Positions 10,285 to 19,161 of a DNA stretch of 64,000 bases are shown here, one piece after another. Source of the stretch: an uncultured Actinomycetota bacterium (lineage in GTDB: Bacteria > Actinomycetota > Actinomycetes > Propionibacteriales > Propionibacteriaceae); contig CAVVFD010000001.1 of NCBI GenBank assembly GCA_963747505.1, positions 1,036,098-1,100,097 on the forward strand, read 5' to 3'. The position numbers and the translations under genes are program-made. Positions within the stretch are counted from its first letter, which is position 1; each line of letters opens with the position of its first letter. A model generated the notes under the pieces. The model ran no database searches and was not told the DNA's origin. It worked only from the letters and a program-made list of their open reading frames with translations.

Positions 10285-10929
10285 TCAGGCGAGCCCGAAG
10301 GGCAGCGGCTCGGGCGACAGCGTCGCCCTGGCCCTCGTCGCGGTCATGCGGCGCCGGTGGTGCGCCCTGCAGAGCACCTCGTAGCGCACCTCCAGGCCGC
10401 TGTCAGTGTCCCCCACCACCACCTGTGAACCCTCCGTCACCATGAAGCCGTCGACGGTGCGAGCATTGTGCGTGCCCTTGGCGGAGCACCAGCACAGGGG
10501 GCCAAGGGGCAGGGTCTCGGTGCGGTCGGCCAGTTCCACGAGGCGCTGCGAGCCGGGGAACAACCGGGTGCGGAAATCGGCGAGGATGCCGAATGCGTAG
10601 ACGTCGAGTTGGAGTTCGTCGACGATGCGTGCCAACTGCTCGATGTGCTCGCCGGTGTAGAACTGCGCCTCGTCGCACACCAGGTAGTCCACGCGTTTGC
10701 CACCGGTCAACTCCGCAATGGTGTAGCGCCAGAAGTCGAAGTCTCCATCCACCTCCAGGGCGGCGGCCGTCAGACCGAGACGCGACGTGACGCTCGGCGT
10801 ACCGGAGCGATCCTGTGAGGTGAAGAGACGGCCCTGGCGCCCATGGGTGGACTGGGTGTGGTGGAACTGCAGCGCGAGCGTCGATTTCCCACAGTCCATG
10901 GGGCCCGTGTGAAAGACCAACTCAGCCAC
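10285..10929 (-). CDS. tdk: Thymidine kinase
   Basis: P-loop GPMDCGKST, VCDEAQF, and a zinc-ribbon-like CWCSAKG...VLCRAHH. Confidence 0.9.
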   Translation of the reverse strand: MAELVFHTGPMDCGKSTLALQFHHTQSTHGRQGRLFTSQDRSGTPSVTSRLGLTAAALEVDGDFDFWRYTIAELTGGKRVDYLVCDEAQFYTGEHIEQLARIVDELQLDVYAFGILADFRTRLFPGSQRLVELADRTETLPLGPLCWCSAKGTHNARTVDGFMVTEGSQVVVGDTDSGLEVRYEVLCRAHHRRRMTATRARATLSPEPLPFGLA

Positions 10930-12154
10930 TGCGCCCCCCTTGGATGACGGATTCGTAGACCGTGACGAAGCGCTCGGCCATTCGGTCTGCGCTGAGCGAC
11001 GGTATCAGGGCAGGCGCCGCTGCTGCCAGCCTCTGGCGCAGGTCGGGATCGCACATGGCGCGGATGCCCCGTGCGATGGAGGCGATGTCCGGACCGGTGA
11101 GGTGGGACGACTCCCTCGTCAGCCCGACGGTGAGCCGGTCGTCGCAGTACATCACCGGAAGACCCGCTGCCACCGCCTCGATGATGACGAGCCCCTGGGA
11201 GTCGAACCGGTAGCTGCTGAGCGCCAGGACATCAGCGTTGCGCAACTCCGCGGCGATGGCATCGAGCGAGCCCAGGTGGCCCCGGAAGTCTATCCGGGGG
11301 TCGTCCCCGGCGAGGGCACGCAGCGCCCTGCGCTGGTCCCCGTCGCCGATGATGACGAGTTCGGCGTCCTGCTCGTCGGCCAGCAGGAAGGCCCTGATGA
11401 GCACGTCGAGCCGCTTCTCCTTCGCAAGCCGACCCACGGACAAGAACCTGACCTTCCCATCATGGCGCGTCCGCGCAGCCGCATCGATGGCAGCCTTCAT
11501 CCTCTCATTGCATCCCGTGGGCACGACGAAACCGTTGAGTTCCCTTCCGGCAGCTTCGTTGATCAGGTCGAGCATGAAGGTGGAGGGAACGGTGTGGGCG
11601 TCCACCTTGCCGGCGAGGTCGGCGAAAGAGGCCCAGTCCATGCGGGCAGCAAGTCCCCCTGTCTCATGTTCACGGCGGGGCAGTCGCGACCTGGGAGGAC
11701 GACGGTCAACCGCGGCGGTGAGGAGAGGATTGATGAGCCACTGGTACGACAGGGTACCCCAGATCGCCCTCCTCACCGTGCGGTGCGTCCCTGCGATGTT
11801 GGCATGGAAGGTGTGCACATGGGGAATGCCCTGGAGCTTCGCCACCCTGGCGCTGAGTATCAGGGCACCGCGGTCCGTGTGGGAGTGGATGACGTCGAAC
11901 TCAGCGCAGTCGCTGATGAGTTGGGCGCGTCGCCGTGAGAAGTGCATGACGCTGAGGTGGGACGAGGTGCCCTCGATGTAGGCCGTGGGGCACTCGATGG
12001 TCCGGCATCCCCGCGGCTTCTGGAGGTGACGCTCCGGCGCAACGAGCGTTACGTCGTGGCCACGATGGACCAACTCCTCCAACTGCGTCTCGACCGAGCG
12101 TGCGACTCCTCCCGAGGATGGATAGAAGTCATCCAGGACGAGGGCGATCCTCAT
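10922..12154 (-). CDS. Glycosyltransferase family 4 (GT-B fold)
   Basis: MRIALVLDDFYPSSGGVARSVETQLEELVHRGHDVTLVAP with a C-terminal EGLPVMYCDD-type motif (GLVIIEAVAAGLPVMY). It overlaps tdk by 8 nt. Confidence 0.8.
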   Translation of the reverse strand: MRIALVLDDFYPSSGGVARSVETQLEELVHRGHDVTLVAPERHLQKPRGCRTIECPTAYIEGTSSHLSVMHFSRRRAQLISDCAEFDVIHSHTDRGALILSARVAKLQGIPHVHTFHANIAGTHRTVRRAIWGTLSYQWLINPLLTAAVDRRPPRSRLPRREHETGGLAARMDWASFADLAGKVDAHTVPSTFMLDLINEAAGRELNGFVVPTGCNERMKAAIDAAARTRHDGKVRFLSVGRLAKEKRLDVLIRAFLLADEQDAELVIIGDGDQRRALRALAGDDPRIDFRGHLGSLDAIAAELRNADVLALSSYRFDSQGLVIIEAVAAGLPVMYCDDRLTVGLTRESSHLTGPDIASIARGIRAMCDPDLRQRLAAAAPALIPSLSADRMAERFVTVYESVIQGGRSG

Positions 12155-13269
12155 CGGGGATCAAAGCTGAAGAGCGGGACCACCATCTCCTCGGCTGTCA
12201 GCGAGCCGTGCATGCCCACGAGGGAGAACTCACCCGGGAAGGCGGCCGTCATCACGCCCCAGTCCTGGCGCATCGCCACCACGACGTCACCGATGCGGGG
12301 CACCACGCGGCCGTCCACCTCCGTCCCGAACCACCCGGCGCACAGGGCCTCGTCGCGCGTGAGCACATGGGCCCTCTCACCCAGGAACTCTCCCCATGCC
12401 GCTGCGACACGACTGGGCCGGTCGCAGTACAACTGCCTGAAACGCGCCTCGCCCCCGATGTGTCGGCAGCCGGAGAGGTCTGCTTCGTCCTCTGCAACGA
12501 TCTTGCGTTCGTCGGGAACATTCACCATGCCGTGGTCCCCGGTGACGAGCAGACATGTGTCGGGAGGCAGGTGCGCCGCGAGATCAGTCACCAACTCATC
12601 CACCTGTTCGAGCCGCTCGAGCCACTGCCAGGAACCCACCCCGTGGCCATGCCCGTCGTGGTCCAGCATTCGCTCGTAGCAGTAGATCACCGTGTTCCGG
12701 GTCAGGGATTCCAACACCTGATTGATGAAGTGTTCGTTGTCCCCCTCACTCCGGATTCCCAGGTGCTCGGTCCCCTCGAAGGCGAGCTGTGTCAGTGCGC
12801 TGTCCGCAAAACGTTCCAGTGAGACCGCGCCGGAGGAGATGTCCCTGGACCTCAACCGCTGGAAGGCGGTGTCATGGCAGCGGAACGAGGCGACGTCGAG
12901 CGGCCCGCCCTCCCATGTCAGGGCGTTGAGAAGCCGGTCCTGAGCTGGGTCAAGGAAGGTGTAGCCCACGACGCCATGCTGGCCCGGCGATGTGCCGCAG
13001 CCCAGGCTCGTCAGTGACGTGGCGGTGGTCGAGGGCACGGAACACGTGAGCGCCGTTGCTGATGACAGCCTCGCCGCGAGGGTGTCTGCGTGCTCTGCAT
13101 GCGTCTGGAGTGGGTACCAACCCAGTCCGTCGATGAGGAAGACGACGTAGTGACCCGCTCTTGGAATGTCCAGGATCGGTGTGTCCCCGGCCAGGCGTGC
13201 CTCGACGCTCGGGAGCAGACTGGAGAGCGACGCGCCGCCGTAGCGGGGCGTGATGAACTCCTGTCCCAT
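12151..13269 (-). CDS. Alkaline phosphatase / nucleotide pyrophosphatase-phosphodiesterase family protein
   Basis: VVFLIDGLGW, SVPSTTATSLTSLGCG, LLVTGDHGMV. Start taken as ATG 13269, which overlaps the upstream stop as TGATG; the track starts one codon earlier at a TTG. Confidence 0.75.
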   Translation of the reverse strand: MGQEFITPRYGGASLSSLLPSVEARLAGDTPILDIPRAGHYVVFLIDGLGWYPLQTHAEHADTLAARLSSATALTCSVPSTTATSLTSLGCGTSPGQHGVVGYTFLDPAQDRLLNALTWEGGPLDVASFRCHDTAFQRLRSRDISSGAVSLERFADSALTQLAFEGTEHLGIRSEGDNEHFINQVLESLTRNTVIYCYERMLDHDGHGHGVGSWQWLERLEQVDELVTDLAAHLPPDTCLLVTGDHGMVNVPDERKIVAEDEADLSGCRHIGGEARFRQLYCDRPSRVAAAWGEFLGERAHVLTRDEALCAGWFGTEVDGRVVPRIGDVVVAMRQDWGVMTAAFPGEFSLVGMHGSLTAEEMVVPLFSFDPR

Positions 13270-13847
13270 CAACCCACCCGGGACTGCAGGAGCGCGCCGA
13301 ACTCGAGCAGGTGGCGAGTATTGGAATCACCGTCTCCGACAGGACTCATGCGCACCGTGAGGTCATTCGGCACCTGCATGCCCGTCCAGCCGTGGTCGGC
13401 CTCGCAGGAGGGGTCCTCACAGGAGGCGGGCCCGATGTCGAGGCGACGCGCGGCCCCCCAGACGAGTGTGAGCCAGGTCTCCACCACGTCAGAATCCTCA
13501 CCGAAGGACTGCGGCTTGTTCACTGACCGGGTGACCACGACGGAATCAATGGCGCGCAGGGCCACCACTTCTGTGGTCGTGAGTGCACGGTCGCTCGCAC
13601 CATCGTCCCCGTCATCGGTGTGGCAGATGAGGAGCTGGCGATCCGTCAGCACCAGCACAGTGATGTGGCGCTGTACCTCGTGCCCGACGAAAGTGGCCTC
13701 GTGGTGCACGAGATGCCCCACGACATCCTGATCTCCCAGCCCTGCGGCGATCGTGTCGGAGACCAGTTCGGGGTAGAAACCACACTCCGAGATCTGGTGC
13801 ACAAGGTCTGCTGGCAGCCGGGTGGTCGTCTGGTGCGGATGAGTCAC
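13269..13847 (-). CDS. DUF5998-like protein (conserved partner of the phosphodiesterase)
   Basis: LPADLVHQISECGFYPELVSDTIAAGLGDQDVVGHLVHHEATF...VLVLTDRQLLICHTDD. The start is uncertain. GTG 13847 fits the homologue length I remember; ATG 13886 is the alternative. Confidence 0.6.
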   Translation of the reverse strand: MTHPHQTTTRLPADLVHQISECGFYPELVSDTIAAGLGDQDVVGHLVHHEATFVGHEVQRHITVLVLTDRQLLICHTDDGDDGASDRALTTTEVVALRAIDSVVVTRSVNKPQSFGEDSDVVETWLTLVWGAARRLDIGPASCEDPSCEADHGWTGMQVPNDLTVRMSPVGDGDSNTRHLLEFGALLQSRVG

Positions 13848-13884
13848 GCCGTCATTGTCCCACGCCTTCGCTAAGTTGTGGGAC

Positions 13885-14907
13885 ATGAAGTCCCGTCCCT
13901 TCTTTGCTGCCCGTGTCGAGGATCGAATCAACTCGATGACCACCAAGCTCCTGTCACGCCTTGGGTGGGAGCCGAGCATCGTCGGCTACACAGGCTTCGG
14001 GACACCAGAGCAGGTGCGAGTTCTGGCCAGGGTGGTCCTGAGCCCACCGAGCGAGCTGGGCATCGTTCGCGCAGCAACGGAGTTGATGCACCAGCGCGGC
14101 TGGCGCAACTTCATCGCCACGCCGCTCGCGGATGCCGAGGCGTGGGTCATCCTTGACGGCGAGCCCATTCTCGTGTCCGCCGACCGCGGTGGCTACATTG
14201 ACGTACGGGTCAAGAATCCCGGTCTGAAACCCGGATGGCACTCCATAGAATTGGCCACCACCACTGGCAACTCCATTCACGTCGACGTGCAGATCATCGA
14301 CTCGGAGGAGACCTTCGGCATCGTCAGCGACATCGACGACACCATCTTGTCCACGTGGCTGCCCCGTCCCTTCTTGGCGGCCTGGAACTCTTTCTTCCTC
14401 ACAGAACAGGCACGCCAGGCAGTCCCCGGCATGGCCAGGCTGTACCAGCAGATGCTCGAGCAACATCCCGGCGCTCCCGTCATCTACATCTCCACCGGCG
14501 CGTGGAACACGTATCCCATGGTCGACCGTTTCCTGTCGCGCCACGGCGTCCCCAAGGGAGCCATGCTGTTGACGGACTGGGGGCCAACCAACACTGGCTG
14601 GTTCCGCAAGGGCCCGGACCACAAGCGCAGGTGTCTGCGAGAGTTGGCCCGGGACCTCCCACACGTCGAATGGGTCCTCGTCGGCGATGACGGCCAGCAC
14701 GATCCGGACCTCTACGGCGAGTTCGCTGCCCTGCAACCCCGCCACGTCCGAGCGCGCGCGATCAGGGAACTGAGCGTGGGCGAGCACGTGCTGGCCGGCG
14801 TCCAATTCGATCAGAATGACCCCGATCGGTGGGTGCCGGACGCTGCCCCCGAGGTGCGGGCACCCGACGGCGATGGCCTGGCGGATAAGCTGCGCACGAT
14901 CATCTGA
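13885..14907 (+). CDS. App1-family phosphatase domain protein (DUF2183)
   Basis: MKSRPFFAARVEDRIN...GWEPSIVGYTGFGTPEQVRVLARVVL...VSDIDDTILST...LVGDDGQHDPDLY, an HAD-like DxDxT motif. Start taken as ATG 13885. Confidence 0.75.
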   Translation: MKSRPFFAARVEDRINSMTTKLLSRLGWEPSIVGYTGFGTPEQVRVLARVVLSPPSELGIVRAATELMHQRGWRNFIATPLADAEAWVILDGEPILVSADRGGYIDVRVKNPGLKPGWHSIELATTTGNSIHVDVQIIDSEETFGIVSDIDDTILSTWLPRPFLAAWNSFFLTEQARQAVPGMARLYQQMLEQHPGAPVIYISTGAWNTYPMVDRFLSRHGVPKGAMLLTDWGPTNTGWFRKGPDHKRRCLRELARDLPHVEWVLVGDDGQHDPDLYGEFAALQPRHVRARAIRELSVGEHVLAGVQFDQNDPDRWVPDAAPEVRAPDGDGLADKLRTII

Positions 14908-14946
14908 TCAGTTCGAGAACAAACACCACAAGGGGCCGGGACACCG

Positions 14947-17505
14947 ATGGCAAAGAGCAGGACCGAGGACGAGACCTTCGAGGAGAACATCCTCGACGTT
15001 GACGTTACCTCCGAAATGGAGGCCAGCTTCCTCGAGTACGCCTATTCCGTCATCTACTCCAGGGCCCTCCCCGACGCCAGGGATGGGCTGAAACCGGTCC
15101 AACGACGCATCCTCTACTCCATGGACGAAATGGGCATCCGCCCGGACCGGGGACATGTGAAGTGCGCCCGGGTGGTGGGCCAAGTCATGGGTGTCCTCCA
15201 CCCTCACGGTGACACGGCCATCTACGACGCCCTGGTGCGCATGGGCCAGCCTTGGGCCGTGCGCCTGCCACTCATCGACGCCCACGGAAACTTCGGCTCA
15301 CTCGACGCCGGTCCTGCCGCGATGCGCTACACGGAATGCCGCATGGCACCGGCAGCCAGGGCGATGACCGCTGGACTGGATGAGGACACCGTCGACTTCC
15401 GGCCAAACTACGACGGCAAGGAGACCGAACCGGCTGTCCTACCAGCAGCCCTCCCCAATCTCCTGGTCAACGGGGCCACCGGAATCGCCGTGGGGATGGC
15501 CACCAACATCGCGCCGCACAACCTCGTGGAGGTGGTCTCCGGGCTCAAGCAACTTCTGGCGAAGCCTGAGCTGGAGCTGGACGAGTTGATGCGGTTTCTG
15601 CCCGGGCCCGACTTTCCCACGGGAGGCAAAATCATCGGGCTGGATGGTGTGCGGGATGCCTACGCCACCGGCCGGGGCAGCTTCAAGGTGCGGGCGACCA
15701 CCCGGATAGAGAAGGTGTCACCGAGGAGACAGGGCATCATCGTCACCGAGCTGCCCTACATGGTGGGCCCGGAGAAAATCATCGAACAGATCAAGAAGGG
15801 CGTCGGCGAGAAGAAGCTCACAGGCATTGCCGATGTCAAGGACCTCACGGACCTGGAGCACGGCACGCGACTGGTCATCGAGGTCAAGAACGGCATCAAC
15901 CCCGATGCCCTGCTGGAGCAACTCTTCAAGGTGACGAAACTGGAGGACACGTTCGCGATCAATGCCGTGGCGCTCGTTGACGGACAGCCACGCACCATGC
16001 CGCTCATCGAGATGCTCCAGGTGTATCTGGAGCACAGGACCGACGTCACACTGCGCCGCACCCGGTTCCAGTTGGGCAGGGCCTCGGACCGGCTGCACCT
16101 CGTGCGGGGTCTGATCCTCGCCATCGCCGACATCGACGACGTGATCGCCATCATCCGCAGCTCCGAGGACGCCGCCGAGGCGCGGGAGCGTCTGATCGGT
16201 GCCTTCGACCTCGACGAGATCCAGGCGAACTGGATCCTCGACATGCAGCTGCGGCGCCTCACGAAGTACTCCACGATCGAGTTGGAGAAGGAATCGGCGG
16301 AGCTGAGGGCGCGCATCACTAGCCTGCAGGCCATCCTCGACGACGAACTCGTCCTTCGTGAGGTGGTGACCAGCGAGCTGGACGACGTCGTCAAACAGTT
16401 CGGCACCCCGCGGCGCACCATTCTCCTGTCATCGAGCGGGCACCTCTCCAAGGCGGCCCAGCCACTGGAGGTGCCCGACGACCCCTGCTGGATCCTGCTG
16501 TCGGGAACCGGGCTCGTGGCCCGGATGGAGGCCGATGGACCGTTGCCCGCCACCGGTCCCCGGACGGCGCACGACGTCATCGTCTCCGCAATCCGGACCA
16601 CGGCACACTCCGAGTTCGGGGTCATCACCAATCGTGGGCGTCTGCTCCGCTGCCGTGCCATCGAGCTTCCCACCGTGCCGCCCACGGCGAACGCGCCCTC
16701 TCTTCAGGGAGGCTCGCCCATCACCGAGCTCTGGCCCCTCGAACCACGGGAACGCGCGCTGTCAATGGCAAGGCTGGGACCCGGCGCGGCAGGGCTTGCC
16801 CTCGGTACCCGCCAGGGCGTCGTGAAGCGCGTCGCGCCGGAAACACTGAACAAGGACTCCTGGGATGTCATCCGTCTCGAGGAGAGGGACGAAGTGGTGG
16901 GCGCCGTCGAGTTGGCGGACGAGTCGCTGCATCTTGCCTTCATCACCACCGACGGCCAGCTGCTCCACTTCCCCGCCGCCGCAGTGCGTCCCCAGGGCCG
17001 CTCCGGCGGCGGTGTTGCGGGCATCAAACTGGCACCGAAGGCAGCAGTTCTGTTCTTCGGTGCCGTCGATCCTGATACCGACGAACTGGTCACGGTCTCA
17101 GGGTCCGGCTCCTCACTCTTCGGAACGGAGGTGGGGGCCGCCAAGGTGACCGCCATGAGCGCCTACCCCGCCAAGGGGCGGGCTACGGGCGGCGTGCGCT
17201 GCCATCGTTTCCTGAAAGGTGAGGACGCGCTCATTGCTGCCGCCATCGGCCGTGCGCCAGTCGTCGCCGCTGCGGCAAGCGGCTCCCCCGTGGAACTCCC
17301 GTCCACCACACAGAGGAGGGACGGCTCCGGGTTGCTGGTCGATCAGCCCGTCGCATCGTTGGCTTCTCGCCCCCTCGGTCGAGACGTTGCACGGGCCGCC
17401 GGGAAGGCTGACGCCATCCCGACGGGAGAGGCTGCGCATGATGACCACAACGCACCACCTGCCGCCTCCGGGCAAGATGTGTTGCCCGTCCCTGATGACC
17501 AGTAG
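14947..17505 (+). CDS. parC: DNA topoisomerase IV subunit A (GyrA/ParC family)
   Basis: FLEYAYSVIYSRALPDARDGLKPVQRRILYSM, HPHGD, AAMRYTE (catalytic Tyr region), and a C-terminal beta-pinwheel. It is paired in the window with a ParE-type subunit. Confidence 0.85.
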   Translation: MAKSRTEDETFEENILDVDVTSEMEASFLEYAYSVIYSRALPDARDGLKPVQRRILYSMDEMGIRPDRGHVKCARVVGQVMGVLHPHGDTAIYDALVRMGQPWAVRLPLIDAHGNFGSLDAGPAAMRYTECRMAPAARAMTAGLDEDTVDFRPNYDGKETEPAVLPAALPNLLVNGATGIAVGMATNIAPHNLVEVVSGLKQLLAKPELELDELMRFLPGPDFPTGGKIIGLDGVRDAYATGRGSFKVRATTRIEKVSPRRQGIIVTELPYMVGPEKIIEQIKKGVGEKKLTGIADVKDLTDLEHGTRLVIEVKNGINPDALLEQLFKVTKLEDTFAINAVALVDGQPRTMPLIEMLQVYLEHRTDVTLRRTRFQLGRASDRLHLVRGLILAIADIDDVIAIIRSSEDAAEARERLIGAFDLDEIQANWILDMQLRRLTKYSTIELEKESAELRARITSLQAILDDELVLREVVTSELDDVVKQFGTPRRTILLSSSGHLSKAAQPLEVPDDPCWILLSGTGLVARMEADGPLPATGPRTAHDVIVSAIRTTAHSEFGVITNRGRLLRCRAIELPTVPPTANAPSLQGGSPITELWPLEPRERALSMARLGPGAAGLALGTRQGVVKRVAPETLNKDSWDVIRLEERDEVVGAVELADESLHLAFITTDGQLLHFPAAAVRPQGRSGGGVAGIKLAPKAAVLFFGAVDPDTDELVTVSGSGSSLFGTEVGAAKVTAMSAYPAKGRATGGVRCHRFLKGEDALIAAAIGRAPVVAAAASGSPVELPSTTQRRDGSGLLVDQPVASLASRPLGRDVARAAGKADAIPTGEAAHDDHNAPPAASGQDVLPVPDDQ

Positions 17506-17529
17506 TCTTTCACCCGAAAAGGAGCCCTG

Positions 17530-18021
17530 ATGAACTTCACCGACCTGCTCGATGCCAACCGCGCGTATGCCCAGGACTTCCAACACGGCGGGTTCGATGG
17601 CATCGCCCGCTCCGGCGTCGCCATCCTCACCTGCATGGATTCTCGTATTGAGCCGCTGGCCATGGTGGGCCTCCACATCGGAGACGCAAAGATCCTCCGC
17701 TCCCCCGGCGGCCGGGTCTCAACGTCGATGATGACTGGGCTCGCGCTCAGCGTGCAGCTGTTGCACGTCAATCGCATCATGCTCATTCCTCATACCAAGT
17801 GCGCCATGGCCAGCGGCACGGACGAGGACATCCGCACCACCATCGCCGAGCGCAGCGGGCTGGACACCACCTGGCTCGAGTTCGGCACCACACAGGACCA
17901 GGTGCAGCGTCTGCACCACGACGTCCGTGCCGCGCGCAACCATCCGCTGATCAAGGATCGTGCAGAGGTGGGTGGCTTCATGTACGACGTGGACACGGGC
18001 CTGCTGAATCAGCTGGTCTGA
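17530..18021 (+). CDS. Beta-class carbonic anhydrase
   Basis: Zinc ligand motifs CMDSR and HTKC; 163 aa. Confidence 0.85.
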   Translation: MNFTDLLDANRAYAQDFQHGGFDGIARSGVAILTCMDSRIEPLAMVGLHIGDAKILRSPGGRVSTSMMTGLALSVQLLHVNRIMLIPHTKCAMASGTDEDIRTTIAERSGLDTTWLEFGTTQDQVQRLHHDVRAARNHPLIKDRAEVGGFMYDVDTGLLNQLV

Positions 18022-18103
18022 GCTGCAATATCGGCTGGTCCTCGCGAAACCAGCGACATATCGCTGGTCCAGCAGAAGACCAGTGGTATTCCACCGGGCG
18101 CCA

Positions 18104-18727
18104 TCAGCGGGGCCAGAAACTCCGCATGGTGTCGCCACGGCCAGCGCGGTGCTGGACCACCATGCCGACGATGGCAAGCACGCCGTACACCACCGTCCAC
18201 CACAGTGGCTGTTGGCCGACGAATCCGCGCAGTGATGTCCCGGCAAGGTCCGACGGGTCCGCGACGCCCGCGACGAGCATCAGCCCAGCCACGATGGCCG
18301 CAGCGCCGACCAGCGCAGTGAGAACCGTCAGGAGGACGTCCGGAAGATTGGTGGCCAGCGCCGCACCGGCGAGCAGTAGTGCTGCGAACACGCCGAGCAC
18401 CACCAGCACGGTGCCCGACGCCCCCAGTGCGATTCCCAGGGCGGCACCCAGGGAGTAGCCGATGGAACCGATGGCAATGATCACGGCCAGGACGTAGAAG
18501 CTGTATGCCAGCCCGGCGAACAGCAGGGCAGCCAGAATGCTGACGACCCACCCCAGCACGGTGGTGAACGGCGGCTCTCCGGTGAAGCTCGACAACAGGG
18601 ACCCACCGAGGGTGAAGCCGACGAAGGCTCCCCACACCGAGAGGATGATCCGGAAAACCGTCCTCCCACCGAAACACAGGATCAACCCGGACACGATGGC
18701 GATCAGGCCCACCAAGACATTCGACAT
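18104..18727 (-). CDS. Polytopic membrane protein (DUF4203/TM7S3-like, 6-7 TM)
   Basis: 207 aa, almost entirely Gly/Ala/Leu-rich TM helices. The frame has a coding-like composition, unlike the overlapping 358-aa Arg/Pro-rich track ORF. Confidence 0.6.
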   Translation of the reverse strand: MSNVLVGLIAIVSGLILCFGGRTVFRIILSVWGAFVGFTLGGSLLSSFTGEPPFTTVLGWVVSILAALLFAGLAYSFYVLAVIIAIGSIGYSLGAALGIALGASGTVLVVLGVFAALLLAGAALATNLPDVLLTVLTALVGAAAIVAGLMLVAGVADPSDLAGTSLRGFVGQQPLWWTVVYGVLAIVGMVVQHRAGRGDTMRSFWPR

Positions 18728-18801
18728 GCTGTGCAGAATACGTGGCTCCGGGCCCAGCCGTCCGACGCCACCCCGGGCCGGGGTGTGGTGTCTCGCAGCT
18801 C

Positions 18802-19161
18802 TCAGCGACGCACCGGCAGAGCGGCGATGATTGCGACGGGGACCATCCAGATCGCCAGGAGCAGGGTGCCGAACACCAACCCTCCCAGCACGGCCTCGGA
18901 CGCCCAGTCAGTACCCCTGCCCAGGAACAACCAGCACGCCAGGCACAGGGACAGCCACTGCCCCAGCAGCACCGGGAACCATGTCCCTCGTCGGGCGACG
19001 TAGGCCCACGCTGCACCCCAGAGGATCGGGAGCACCGCCACCCCCAGCACCCACGGAGCCGGGAAGACCCCGCCGAACTGGGCAAAGGGCACGATGATTC
19101 CCAGCACGAGCCCGACGATGAGTGTCGTGACGCCGACCCTTCTGAGGCCGGGCGGCTCCAT
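18802..19161 (-). CDS. Small membrane protein (about 4 TM), function unknown
   Basis: MEPPGLRRVGVTTLIVGLVLGIIVPF...; the ATG shares one nucleotide with the parE stop (TGATG). Confidence 0.5.
   Translation of the reverse strand: MEPPGLRRVGVTTLIVGLVLGIIVPFAQFGGVFPAPWVLGVAVLPILWGAAWAYVARRGTWFPVLLGQWLSLCLACWLFLGRGTDWASEAVLGGLVFGTLLLAIWMVPVAIIAALPVRR

Noticed and set aside
18009-19085. 358-aa minus-strand ORF spanning two membrane-protein genes
   Set aside because: The Arg/Pro/Gly/Trp-rich product has no motifs. The alternative frames give two clean, hydrophobic multi-TM proteins with sensible starts, one of them coupled to parE.
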